A DNA stretch of 64,000 nt, taken from positions 1,952,001 through 2,016,000 of the forward strand of contig OZ253580.1 of the NCBI GenBank assembly GCA_965263035.1, written 5' to 3'. The notes beneath the pieces are model-generated. The model saw only the letters and a list, made by a program, of their open reading frames with translations. It was not told where the DNA came from and made no database searches. Shown here one piece after another: positions 1 through 8,929 of this stretch. A program made the position numbers and the translations under genes. The stretch is from Acidobacteriota bacterium. GTDB lineage: Bacteria > Acidobacteriota > UBA6911 > RPQK01 > JAJDTT01. How positions within the stretch are numbered: position 1 is the stretch's first letter; each line of letters starts with the position of its first letter.

Positions 1-557
1 AGCTCTATGCTGTCTGTCTGAAGTAGGTCAACCGGTTCCGCCTTAGACAACTTGGCGGCATTCTGATTCCCCATATGCCGATTTGCCGGATAGGGAATGA
101 CGAACGGGTCTACCGTCTTCTCGGGCTCGTTTACGGTTCGCCGTACGTCTTCGAGCTTGTTGTTTTTTGCGTCCAGCGTGATTCCGGTTTTTACCCGCGC
201 GGTCGACGATCGGAGTGACTCTAAAGTAGGGCTTTCGACCATCTCCGCTTGCAGTGCAGTGCGGCTGGCACCGTCACGGAACAACCTCTCCATGTCGGGA
301 GTATCCCGATCGTACAGACATGGTTGGATACCTGTCGGCCCACCCGCGGGTTGATAGTATGGCACCGGACGCATCCATGATAGACATTGCAGGAGGGTCG
401 TTTTGCCAACCCCGTTGTCGCCCACAAGCAAGGTCCAACGGGCTGGGCGATTGTTCGAGGCGGCAAGGTCCAGCACCTGCTTTTCCGCAAAGCAACGCAC
501 GTTCTCGATCTCGAGACTGAGGAAGTAGATCGCTTTCCGGCAGCATTTGGCTGACAT
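1..557 (-). CDS. ABC/AAA_21-type ATPase (PtuA-like, probable defence ATPase), runs off the left edge
   Basis: Not in the ORF track; translated by hand from ATG at 557: MSAKCCRKAIYFLSLEIENVRCFAEKQVLDL...WTLLVGDNGVGKTTLLQCL. Walker A GDNGVGKT and the typical LEIENVRCF N-terminus; open to position 1. Confidence 0.8.
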   Translation of the reverse strand, partial: MSAKCCRKAIYFLSLEIENVRCFAEKQVLDLAASNNRPARWTLLVGDNGVGKTTLLQCLSWMRPVPYYQPAGGPTGIQPCLYDRDTPDMERLFRDGASRTALQAEMVESPTLESLRSSTARVKTGITLDAKNNKLEDVRRTVNEPEKTVDPFVIPYPANRHMGNQNAAKLSKAEPVDLLQTDSIE

Positions 558-688
558 TCGAATCTCTAGATGATCGGTGAATATACACCGAGGACGGTCC
601 ACGCCGCCAAGTGTGTCGCATTTTACCGCAGGTCGACACACCGCCCGGCACATTCCGCTCGGAAAGTGATCGCGGTCATCCGATACTA

Positions 689-887
689 GGAAGTAACCCC
701 CACCCCAGCAGGGCTAAGAAATAAGGAAGCGATGAGGCTGATATTTTCTCCAAGCGAGCAAGGAGAAGATATCCGATCGGCAAGAGAAAGCGTTACAGTC
801 CGAAGTTCAAGTTTCAGGTGGTTCTGGAGATTCTGCGTCACCCGGACCTTCCAGGGGCACTCCCTCACATTCTCGAAGTGGAAGATG
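689..887 (+). pseudogene. Degenerate IS3-family left end and orfA fragment
   Basis: Translates to GKRKRYSPKFKFQVVLEIL, then in another frame VTRTFQGHSLTFSKWK (IS3 OrfA HTH-like). Ends just before array site 1. Confidence 0.55.
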
Positions 888-895
888 ACGGAAGA

Positions 896-921
896 GGGAG
901 AAGGGGACAGTTACCTTCTCT
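896..921 (+). repeat. Array site 1 (near-palindromic GGGGACAG site)
   Basis: GGGAGAAGGGGACAGTTACCTTCTCT; arms GAGAAGG/CCTTCTC. Confidence 0.9.
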
Positions 922-1076
922 ACTCGCGCTCGAATCCTGTTCCTGCACTTGGACCAGCTTTTCGATCCCACGTAACTCGGGTGCGCTACTCAAGCCTCCC
1001 TACCAAGCTAGCCACGTCACGGTAGTCCACAGACTCCCATCCAGGCCGAGAGAACAACCCTGGGCCCGATTTTTTC

Positions 1077-1102
1077 GGGAGAAGGGGACAGTTATCTTCT
1101 CT
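1077..1102 (+). repeat. Array site 2
   Basis: GGGAGAAGGGGACAGTTATCTTCTCT. Confidence 0.9.
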
Positions 1103-1399
1103 CTTCCTCGTCCGATGACTGGAAGCCTGAAAACGCCCGGAAAGACACGCTGTCACCAGAGCCGGACTTGGCCGGCCCTCTTCTCGGCCCGTTCCCGCTA
1201 GCGCGCTTGGCTCCTCACATACGCGAGGAACGCATGGGACCGATCGGCTGGTCGATCCGTGAGAATGCCATAGCGGCGACCGTATACCGTCCGCGCCGCC
1301 CGCAGTGGCTGATGAAGACGGCAGATGTTGTACTCGACGGCGCATGGTACGGGTATGGACACCGGTTGAGCCGTCTCCTGGAATCGTAAAAAATGGGCC

Positions 1400-1903
1400 A
1401 TGATGACCGACTACCTCATCCGGCCTGAGACGGACGGCGACCGGGAGGGAATCACAGGGCTTCTGCTCGCGGCTTTCCCCACTTCCTCCGAAGCCCGCCT
1501 CGTGCAGCGACTCCGCAAGGACGGCGATGTCGTGTTCTCGCTGGTCGCCGTGGAGGCTTCGGATGTCATCGGCCATGCCCTTTTCTCAAGACTGCGCGCA
1601 CCGGACGCGGCGCTCTCCCTGGCGCCGGCCGCAGTCGCGGCAAACCGCCGCCGCCGGGGGATTGCCGCCGCAATGATCGAGGCTGGACTTGAACGGGCAA
1701 GGGCGGAGTGCTGGGCGGCAGGCGTCGTGCTTGGCGATCCGTCCTATTACCGGCGCTTCGGTTTTAGCCGGAAGGCTGTGCGGGGCATGTCATGCCGATA
1801 TGCCGGGCCGGGTCTGATGGGCCTCGCCCTCTCCGGGGACGGCCTGGACGGACCGCGTATCGAACATGCGTCCGCCTTCTCATCGATCCGGGATTCCAAC
1901 TGA
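1400..1903 (+). CDS. GNAT N-acetyltransferase (YhbS-like), copy 1
   Basis: IRPETDGDREGI...EARLVQRLR...RRRGIAAAMI...VVLGDPSYYRRFGF motifs. Confidence 0.9.
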   Translation: MMTDYLIRPETDGDREGITGLLLAAFPTSSEARLVQRLRKDGDVVFSLVAVEASDVIGHALFSRLRAPDAALSLAPAAVAANRRRRGIAAAMIEAGLERARAECWAAGVVLGDPSYYRRFGFSRKAVRGMSCRYAGPGLMGLALSGDGLDGPRIEHASAFSSIRDSN

Positions 1904-2025
1904 GACACTGCCCTCGGGTGAGAATGCCGACCGCGTACCGCAACCCGGAATTTGCGGTGGATCTTGCCCATCCGCCCCAGAGCGGTAGAGTCCTCGTCAA
2001 GTTGACTCCAAGTCTGTCAAATCCC

Positions 2026-2149
2026 TCAGTCAATTTCGAACGTTACTGAAGTGCGGACGGAGTTGGCGATGAAGCACTCTTTGTGTGCAAGTTCGTGGAT
2101 CTTCTCCAACCCTTCCGGAGATGGAGGCAGGGATCCAAAGGAGACCTTG
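2026..2149 (-). pseudogene. 3' fragment of OsmC-family gene
   Basis: Matches the last about 40 codons of 8930-9376. Homology stops 6 bp before array site 3. Confidence 0.85.
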
Positions 2150-2155
2150 AGAAGC

Positions 2156-2181
2156 GGGAGAAGGGGACAGTCACCTTCTCC
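2156..2181 (+). repeat. Array site 3
   Basis: GGGAGAAGGGGACAGTCACCTTCTCC. Confidence 0.9.
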
Positions 2182-2183
2182 AG

Positions 2184-2553
2184 GAGGCTGTCCGAGAACA
2201 GAACTGTCACCGACGCTCCCAAATCTCGGGGGATCTGATCATCAGGAGAGTGTCGGATGCCCCCCGGGTTCAAGGCCTACCCGCAAGATTACTATCAGAG
2301 TCAGCAGTTTCCGGCCGACGTATTCGACTTGTTGCCGGAGGATCACAAGTGTTTCCTCTACCGGGATCTGTTCCGGCAGCTGGACACGACGGAAGTGGAC
2401 GCCCAGTACAGCTCCCAGGGTCAGCGGGCCTACGCGCCCCGGCAGATCGGCTCGATATTGATCTACGCTTACAGCCACGGGGTGTTCAGTTCCCGACAGA
2501 TCGAGCGGCGTTGCCGGGAGGATCTGGGGTTCCCGTACATCGCGGGTAAGAAC
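2184..2553 (+). mobile_element. Truncated IS1182-family element (left end plus about 99 transposase codons)
   Basis: Begins GAGGCTGTCCGAGAA like the full IS at 47810. MPPGFKAYPQDYYQSQQFPADVFDLLPEDH...YIAGKN is near-identical to the 47883 transposase and stops exactly at site 4. Confidence 0.92.
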
Positions 2554-2579
2554 GGGAGAGGGGGACAGTTACCTTCTCT
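2554..2579 (+). repeat. Array site 4
   Basis: GGGAGAGGGGGACAGTTACCTTCTCT. Confidence 0.9.
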
Positions 2580-2603
2580 ACGCCGTCCCCACTTGCTCCA
2601 TAG

Positions 2604-2972
2604 CCGATCCTGGGGACTCTGCTGCTGGCCTCCATCGAGACCACCCACGTCATCGGTCTTCGCGACCGGGCCGTCCTGGGGACCCTGATCTACACGGGCG
2701 GCCGCGTCGGAGCCATCACCCGGCTGCGGATCCAGGATCTGCGCGACCAGGGCAACCAGCGCTCGCTTCTGTTTGCCGAGAAGAACGGCAAAGCCCGGGA
2801 GACCCCCGTGCGCCATGATCTGGACCGATGGCTCACGGCCTACATCGAAGGGGCCGGGCTCAGCGCCGCGCCCAAGGGGTCGGTGAAGTTTCGGGCCGGA
2901 CTGCGGCGCTGCAGCTCCCTCACCGATCGGCCGATGTCTCCCCATCCCGTTCTTCACGCTGCCGATCCATAA
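2604..2972 (+). pseudogene. Tyrosine recombinase/integrase internal fragment
   Basis: Hand translation: LLASIETTHVIGLRDRAVLGTLIYTGGRVGAITRLRIQD...EKNGKARETPVRHDL (box I Arg and Lys loop). No start codon, no HxxR or catalytic Tyr region. Confidence 0.85.
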
Positions 2973-3009
2973 CTTCTGATTATATCTCGGGCTCCATCCC
3001 GGAGTTCAT

Positions 3010-4677
3010 CTACTCATCTTCGTCTGAAGCGTCGCTATCAGCAATGGTCGCTGCCGTCCGCTCCGTCGGCAGCTTTACGTTCTGTGCTCTCATAAATGTC
3101 CGCTCACCATCTATTAGGGTCTCCAGCCGATCTCGGATTAGACCCGCTCGGTCGCCGTTTCGTAACAAATGGACTGCTTCCGCTGGGAAGCCGTGTCTCG
3201 GTAGTAGCTCCATCAGAACGTCGTCACTCAAGTCAGCCAGGGCGCCGAACGCTTGACCAACGTGGCCACTGTCGAGGAACATGCGATTCGCGGGGCTACT
3301 AAAAAGTTCCCCGATTATCCGCGAGCTGGAAAACACATATCCCACAGCCTTAGTTCCTAAGGTAGAAAGCAGCTGACCCGGATCGAGGTTGCCCTCACCA
3401 CTAAGCGCACGAGGCTGAAGCGACGCAAGGTAGAGCAAAAAGGCACGTACGCGGGCGCTTCGACCATCGAAGCGATCGGGAAACGGCCGAGCCGGTGCGT
3501 CGAAGTCTACAACTCTGAACCCAGTCCCCTTGCCCCTAGCAAGGTTTCGGATCTCGCTCAACGCTTGAGTAGCTTGCGCAGTGTTGACTCCTCCAAACCA
3601 GCCGGTGAATGACGTCACCCAGAACCAGCGGTTCAGCAACTTGACCACTTCGGCGGACGGCGTTGGGCACCACCGGAAAAACTCACCGAGCAGCACAAGC
3701 TGGAGCCCATAGGGCAGCAATCGATCGGATGTAACGCCCAGGTCCTTGAGAAAGATCAGCGCACCTCTGATTCCTTTCGCCGCGATGTCGAAGGCTTCTG
3801 GAAGCTTCGTCCGGACCTCCGGCTTGACCATGAGGTCCGCCCAGTCTTTCGCGTAGATATCTCGGTCGAGGGCTGCAAGCACCGACCTGAGAAGGAGGAC
3901 ACGATCGAGATTGCCAAACCCCTTTCTGTCGAGCTCTTCCTTGAACTCGTCCAGCTTCTCGGCAAGATGGAACTCCCCTTCTCGGTAGGTCAGCGCGGAG
4001 ACCATCTCGTCGGCCGTCATCTTGCGCCCCTTGCGGTTGAGTCGGGCGAAGACTGTGACGGCACTGTCGAGGTCCGCCTCGCGGATATGAATAAGCGGGA
4101 GCTGATAGTCTCGAAACGCGTTCGCGAGGCGATCTGCTTCGTTGATCCAGCGTAGTATCCGCATGTCGGAAACTCCCGATTCGATGATGCGGCGGCACGC
4201 GGTAAAGAATCCGGCGGTGTTGAGCAGGCTCCCCACCGGGAAATGCTGTGGCTCGACCCCACCCGTGGGTGATCGGAGGAACTCCTGGTTTTCGAGGTCG
4301 CAGTACACGCGCCAGTCAACTTGATCCACGATCGATTCCGCCTTTTCAGGTAACCGCAGCGTGCCTACGAGGGTCGACACGCGCTGCTGACCGTCGAGCA
4401 GGTAGCCAACGAGCCCATCCGGGCGAGGACTGATGTCGATCGGCCCGACGCGCTGGTTGGTCTCGATAGTTTCCTCTGTGTCCCAGACGAGGATAGAGCC
4501 GATCGGAAAACCGCGCAAAACGCTGTCGAGCAACGCGTGCAGGTCTGGTTGCTTCCACACGAAAGCACGTTGGAACCTCGGCACGCGGATTTTTCCAGCC
4601 GCTATGCGTTCCACGAGTTTGCCCAGAAAAACAACTTCTGGGACGACCTCTGTGCGAGCCTGCCTACCGTTGGACAT
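3010..4677 (-). CDS. DUF262 (ParB/Srx-fold, GmrS-like) domain protein
   Basis: PRFQRAFVW, DSVLRGFPIGS, LLDGQQRVSTL and VFARLNRKG motifs. Confidence 0.88.
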   Translation of the reverse strand: MSNGRQARTEVVPEVVFLGKLVERIAAGKIRVPRFQRAFVWKQPDLHALLDSVLRGFPIGSILVWDTEETIETNQRVGPIDISPRPDGLVGYLLDGQQRVSTLVGTLRLPEKAESIVDQVDWRVYCDLENQEFLRSPTGGVEPQHFPVGSLLNTAGFFTACRRIIESGVSDMRILRWINEADRLANAFRDYQLPLIHIREADLDSAVTVFARLNRKGRKMTADEMVSALTYREGEFHLAEKLDEFKEELDRKGFGNLDRVLLLRSVLAALDRDIYAKDWADLMVKPEVRTKLPEAFDIAAKGIRGALIFLKDLGVTSDRLLPYGLQLVLLGEFFRWCPTPSAEVVKLLNRWFWVTSFTGWFGGVNTAQATQALSEIRNLARGKGTGFRVVDFDAPARPFPDRFDGRSARVRAFLLYLASLQPRALSGEGNLDPGQLLSTLGTKAVGYVFSSSRIIGELFSSPANRMFLDSGHVGQAFGALADLSDDVLMELLPRHGFPAEAVHLLRNGDRAGLIRDRLETLIDGERTFMRAQNVKLPTERTAATIADSDASDEDE

Positions 4678-4681
4678 GACG

Positions 4682-5644
4682 CTAGACTTCCTTCCGAATC
4701 AGGGAGATGCCACGCTCAAGGTCACCTTGTCCGCGGCTAAGAAGTTCAATCTTGGCCTGCACGTTGCAGAGATTCCAGCACTTGTACACATTCCGTCCAA
4801 ACCCACTAGAGAGGAGCGTTTGGACGGCCGAGCACAGTCCCTGAAACAGTGTCTTCTCAATCGCAGAGGGCGTTTCGGGCAAGCCATGCTTCATGTCGAA
4901 GAAGTTCTTCTGATCGTCGTTGAGACTGTCCCATGCTTCAACCAACCGGCCATGGTCTGCGCCTGCGTTCTCCCGCTCACTGAGGAGGATTCGCGGGAGG
5001 TAGTTCTCGGCCTCCCGTTTGGCCAGAACCCAGCAGGACAGACCCAGCTTCCCGCATACATGACGCAACCTTCGAGCTGTTGCGCTGCTCGTAGCGGCGG
5101 GATCCTTCCTGCCGCTATCGATGATGGCCACCAACCGTGGGCGAAACGGGATCCCCTGCACCCGACGTTTGATCTCCTCCAGCATTTGTCCCTGGCCGCC
5201 CAAGCTGTCAATTCGGATAGGATCTCCATTCTGATTCCACAGGCGAAAAAGGGCTTTGTCGAGCTCCTTCACGACGCGCTTCACGAACGCACCATCACTG
5301 ATCCGATTCTCGACCAGAATCACGAACGGTTCCTCGGCAAGGCGGGTAGCGTTCTCTGGCTCAAGTTCATCCGCAGCAGCTGGATGTGCCGTTACGCGTA
5401 CGCGTCTCCCGTGCGGGGCCAAGGTCCAGGCACTACGCCGGATCGATGCGACGAGTAATTGGCGCACCCAATCGCCTTGGGTTCCACGGTCACCAATCCA
5501 CGTCGTGGCCTGGAAGGCATTGGGATCCAACTGACACGTTGTGTCCCACACGTGCCAGCCATCTTCGATCTTGTACAGAATACGATCCAACCAGCTGTGG
5601 GCATCCGGATCATTCGCTGCGCTGAAGTCGATCTCGATGCGCAT
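4682..5644 (-). CDS. Hypothetical protein with OLD/TOPRIM-like motifs
   Basis: ILVENRISDGAF, LGGQG, AIIDSG, KREAENYLP. Lies 4-5 bp from the flanking genes in an operon. Confidence 0.6.
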   Translation of the reverse strand: MRIEIDFSAANDPDAHSWLDRILYKIEDGWHVWDTTCQLDPNAFQATTWIGDRGTQGDWVRQLLVASIRRSAWTLAPHGRRVRVTAHPAAADELEPENATRLAEEPFVILVENRISDGAFVKRVVKELDKALFRLWNQNGDPIRIDSLGGQGQMLEEIKRRVQGIPFRPRLVAIIDSGRKDPAATSSATARRLRHVCGKLGLSCWVLAKREAENYLPRILLSERENAGADHGRLVEAWDSLNDDQKNFFDMKHGLPETPSAIEKTLFQGLCSAVQTLLSSGFGRNVYKCWNLCNVQAKIELLSRGQGDLERGISLIRKEV

Positions 5645-5649
5645 CGAGT

Positions 5650-6882
5650 TTATCCCGCTGGCCGAGCGGCGCGCCGAATGGCCAGGATCTCCTCATAGTC
5701 CTCGATGAAGACGCCATCCGGCCAGCTGTCCAATTCACCACTCTCGCTCATTCTGATTTTCCGCAGAATTGATCCACGCCCTGGCTCCGTGCGAATCCAG
5801 TAAACAATGATATTTTCGGCCGGCAGTCGCCCCTCCGCAATCCAGCGTCTCGCGCGGAGTAGGAACATCTCCGAGTGAGTCTCGACGACCAGAGGCCGGG
5901 CGGGTCCTGCGAGGTTATCGAGCAAAAGCTCCGCGATATCCGCGTGGGCTGCTGGATGGAGCTCAGCCTCCGGATGCTCGATGATGTCGACACCCGGCCC
6001 TGCCTTGCGGGCCGTCAGTGCCGTCACCACGACCGGCAGAACCTGCGAGAGCCCCTGGCCCGATTGCACGAGTCGCACGTTGGCGTCGCGGGCCGGCGCT
6101 CCAACCACTAGTTCAGAGTAGATGCCCTGCGCCACAACATCGATACTCACCCCGAAGGTCCTGCGATACCATTCCCGAACGGATTTCCTCAGCTCATCGT
6201 CCGCCGCCAGCGCCAGGGGCGTATCCTGCCCGTTCGGCCCAAGAACCCTAGGCGAGTGTTCTACCCTGGTGAACGGCGACGCGAGAAGGCTACGTGGGCA
6301 CTGCAAATAGCGAACGCCGCGGGCCCAAGCTCTGAGGGCATCGACTTGCGCACCGGCCCAGTTCGCAAGATTGTCCGGATGGCCGGGGATCAGCCCTCGC
6401 CAACCGATCTGCCGCGGGGCCTGCTCTGCTCCCGAGACACAAACTTGGTAGGGGGATCGTTCGTCGAACCCTTGCCGTTGCACCACGATCTCATCGCCGC
6501 CTCTCCTGAGGCTCCAGTGCGAAATCTGGCGCTCGGATGGCCGGGCCGGCGCTACCACATTCCGAACGGTGGCCGAGAACGATAACTCGCTGCTCCCGTC
6601 CGCCAGGCCGGCGGACAATCTCAGCCGACCATGCACGGTGCGCCCGGTCACTAAGTCCTCGAACGTCTCCCCGTGGCGGATTCCACCAGACTCCAGCGGA
6701 AGCGGCTCCGAGGTGTCCTCCCCTAAAGGGGCCAAGCCGCCCGCTAACAACTGAATCACCTGAGCCAGAGCCGTTTTACCCGAATTATTGGATCCCACCA
6801 GGATGGTCAGAGGAGCGAGTTCCACCTTGGCCAACTCAGCGTAGCCCTTATAACGTTCGACACTGAACTCTCGGAGTTCCAT
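5650..6882 (-). CDS. ABC-type ATPase with DUF3696-like C-terminus
   Basis: Probable start MELREFSVERYKGY at 6882. Walker A GSNNSGKT, signature SGQGLSQVLP, IIEHPEAELHP, VETHSE, C-terminal WPDGVF. Confidence 0.88.
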   Translation of the reverse strand: MELREFSVERYKGYAELAKVELAPLTILVGSNNSGKTALAQVIQLLAGGLAPLGEDTSEPLPLESGGIRHGETFEDLVTGRTVHGRLRLSAGLADGSSELSFSATVRNVVAPARPSERQISHWSLRRGGDEIVVQRQGFDERSPYQVCVSGAEQAPRQIGWRGLIPGHPDNLANWAGAQVDALRAWARGVRYLQCPRSLLASPFTRVEHSPRVLGPNGQDTPLALAADDELRKSVREWYRRTFGVSIDVVAQGIYSELVVGAPARDANVRLVQSGQGLSQVLPVVVTALTARKAGPGVDIIEHPEAELHPAAHADIAELLLDNLAGPARPLVVETHSEMFLLRARRWIAEGRLPAENIIVYWIRTEPGRGSILRKIRMSESGELDSWPDGVFIEDYEEILAIRRAARPAG

Positions 6883-6967
6883 TGCCGAATTACCATAGCA
6901 ACTCGTGGCAGAAGGGGCCAACTGTAAGGTGTCGGCTGTCGCCGCGTTTGTCACGCAGAACGGAAGA

Positions 6968-6993
6968 GGGAGAAGGGGACAGTTACCTTCTCT
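6968..6993 (+). repeat. Array site 5
   Basis: GGGAGAAGGGGACAGTTACCTTCTCT, identical to site 1 and part of the duplication. Confidence 0.9.
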
Positions 6994-7102
6994 ACTCGCG
7001 CTCGAATCCTGTTCCTGCACTTGGACCAGCTTTTCGATCCCACGTAACTCGGGTGCGCTACTCAAGCCTCCCTACCAAGCTAGCCACGTCACGGTAGTCC
7101 AC

Positions 7103-7989
7103 TCCTGGGACTGAAGACCATCTACCCGAAGCCGAGAACCAGCACGGCCCGGCCGGAACACCGCGTCTACCCCTATCTGCTCCGGGGCCTGAAGATCGAC
7201 GAACCCCATCAGGTCTGGTGCGCGGACATCACGTATATCCCGGTCTACAAAGGGTATTTGTACCTGGTGGCGGTGATGGACCGGGCCAGTCGGTACGTAC
7301 TGTCGTGGCGGTTGTCCAACACCCTGGACAGCGAGTTCTGTGTCGAGGCTTTGGAAAGGGCGCTCTCCCAAGGGGTCCCGACGATCTTCAACACGGATCA
7401 GGGGGCGCAGTTGACGAGCCGGGTGTTCACCGAGCGGGTGCAGGCGTCCGGGGCGCGGTGCTCGATGGACGGTCGCGGTCGTTGCCTGGACAACGTGTTC
7501 ATCGAACGGCTGTGGCGGTCGCTGAAGTACGAAGCCGTGTACCTGCGGGAACTGGTGGACGGATTCGAGGCGTCACGGGTGATCGGGGAGTGGATGGAGT
7601 TCTACAACGGGGAGCGGCCGCACTCGGCGCTGGGTGGGCGGACCCCACGGGAAGCTCACCACGGGAGGGAGGCAGCGTGAAGTCGGGACACCGGAGCTCC
7701 GGATACGCCCTGGGGAGCGTCGAGTCAAGCCTCCGGCTCCTCCGCCTCGCTGCGGCCCTTCGGGTGACTCGACGCTCCCCAGGGCGTGAAGATCTGTCAT
7801 GGCCGGAAGGGGACTTCCGGCCCTCTCGGACCGGAAACGACCACTTACATCACCACAACCAAGCGGCAAGCTGGCGTCGCTCGGCGGCGCCATGTCCCCT
7901 GGATTTGAGGGCGGAATTTCACTATCGGAGTCTACTTTTCCCTACCTTAATTTGGCCCTCAAATGGTCCAACGAACCAGGACCGCCTCA
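7103..7989 (+). mobile_element. 5'-truncated IS3-family element (orfB DDE core and right end)
   Basis: IYPKPRTS...VWCADITYI...IFNTDQGAQ...DNVFIERLWRSLKYE, stop at 7680. Right end ...GGTCCAACGAACCAGGACCGCCTCA. Confidence 0.9.
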
Positions 7990-8006
7990 GGGCAGTTATC
8001 TTCTCT
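7990..8006 (+). repeat. Array site 6 (right half only)
   Basis: GGGCAGTTATCTTCTCT abuts the IS3 right end; corresponds to site 2. Confidence 0.75.
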
Positions 8007-8303
8007 CTTCCTCGTCCGATGACTGGAAGCCTGAAAACGCCCGGAAAGACACGCTGTCACCAGAGCCGGACTTGGCCGGCCCTCTTCTCGGCCCGTTCCC
8101 GCTAGCGCGCTTGGCTCCTCACATACGCGAGGAACGCATGGGACCGATCGGCTGGTCGATCCGTGAGAATGCCATAGCGGCGACCGTATACCGTCCGCGC
8201 CGCCCGCAGTGGCTGATGAAGACGGCAGATGTTGTACTCGACGGCGCATGGTACGGGTATGGACACCGGTTGAGCCGTCTCCTGGAATCGTAAAAAATGG
8301 GCC

Positions 8304-8807
8304 ATGATGACCGACTACCTCATCCGGCCTGAGACGGACGGCGACCGGGAGGGAATCACAGGGCTTCTGCTCGCGGCTTTCCCCACTTCCTCCGAAGCCC
8401 GCCTCGTGCAGCGACTCCGCAAGGACGGCGATGTCGTGTTCTCGCTGGTCGCCGTGGAGGCTTCGGATGTCATCGGCCATGCCCTTTTCTCAAGACTGCG
8501 CGCACCGGACGCGGCGCTCTCCCTGGCGCCGGCCGCAGTCGCGGCAAACCGCCGCCGCCGGGGGATTGCCGCCGCAATGATCGAGGCTGGACTTGAACGG
8601 GCAAGGGCGGAGTGCTGGGCGGCAGGCGTCGTGCTTGGCGATCCGTCCTATTACCGGCGCTTCGGTTTTAGCCGGAAGGCTGTGCGGGGCATGTCATGCC
8701 GATATGCCGGGCCGGGTCTGATGGGCCTCGCCCTCTCCGGGGACGGCCTGGACGGACCGCGTATCGAACATGCGTCCGCCTTCTCATCGATCCGGGATTC
8801 CAACTGA
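8304..8807 (+). CDS. GNAT N-acetyltransferase, copy 2
   Basis: Translation identical to 1400-1903. Confidence 0.9.
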   Translation: MMTDYLIRPETDGDREGITGLLLAAFPTSSEARLVQRLRKDGDVVFSLVAVEASDVIGHALFSRLRAPDAALSLAPAAVAANRRRRGIAAAMIEAGLERARAECWAAGVVLGDPSYYRRFGFSRKAVRGMSCRYAGPGLMGLALSGDGLDGPRIEHASAFSSIRDSN

Positions 8808-8929
8808 GACACTGCCCTCGGGTGAGAATGCCGACCGCGTACCGCAACCGGGAATTTGCGGTGGATCTTGCCCATCCGCCCCAGAGCGGTAGAGTCCTCG
8901 TCAAGTTGACCCCAGGTTTGTCAAATCCC

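Larger units (their letters stand above)
888..2149 (+). repeat. Long direct repeat, copy 1 (copy 2 at 6960-7102 plus 7993-9053)
   Basis: 888-1030 equals 6960-7102 (offset 6072). 1089-2149 matches 7993-9053 (offset 6904). The two GNAT translations are identical. Confidence 0.95.

Noticed and set aside
1103-1389. Family assignment for the headless ORF upstream of the GNAT gene
   Set aside because: The frame is open and looks coding, but no motif could be recognised with confidence.
6883-7065. N-terminal 61-aa extension of the ATPase in the ORF track
   Set aside because: It runs through array site 5 and duplicated sequence; the ATPase-like sequence begins at MELREF (6882).
896-8006. CRISPR array or classical integron interpretation of the repeated sites
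   Set aside because: Spacing is 155 bp to 4.4 kb, there are no cas genes, no attC R''/R' boxes and no IntI.
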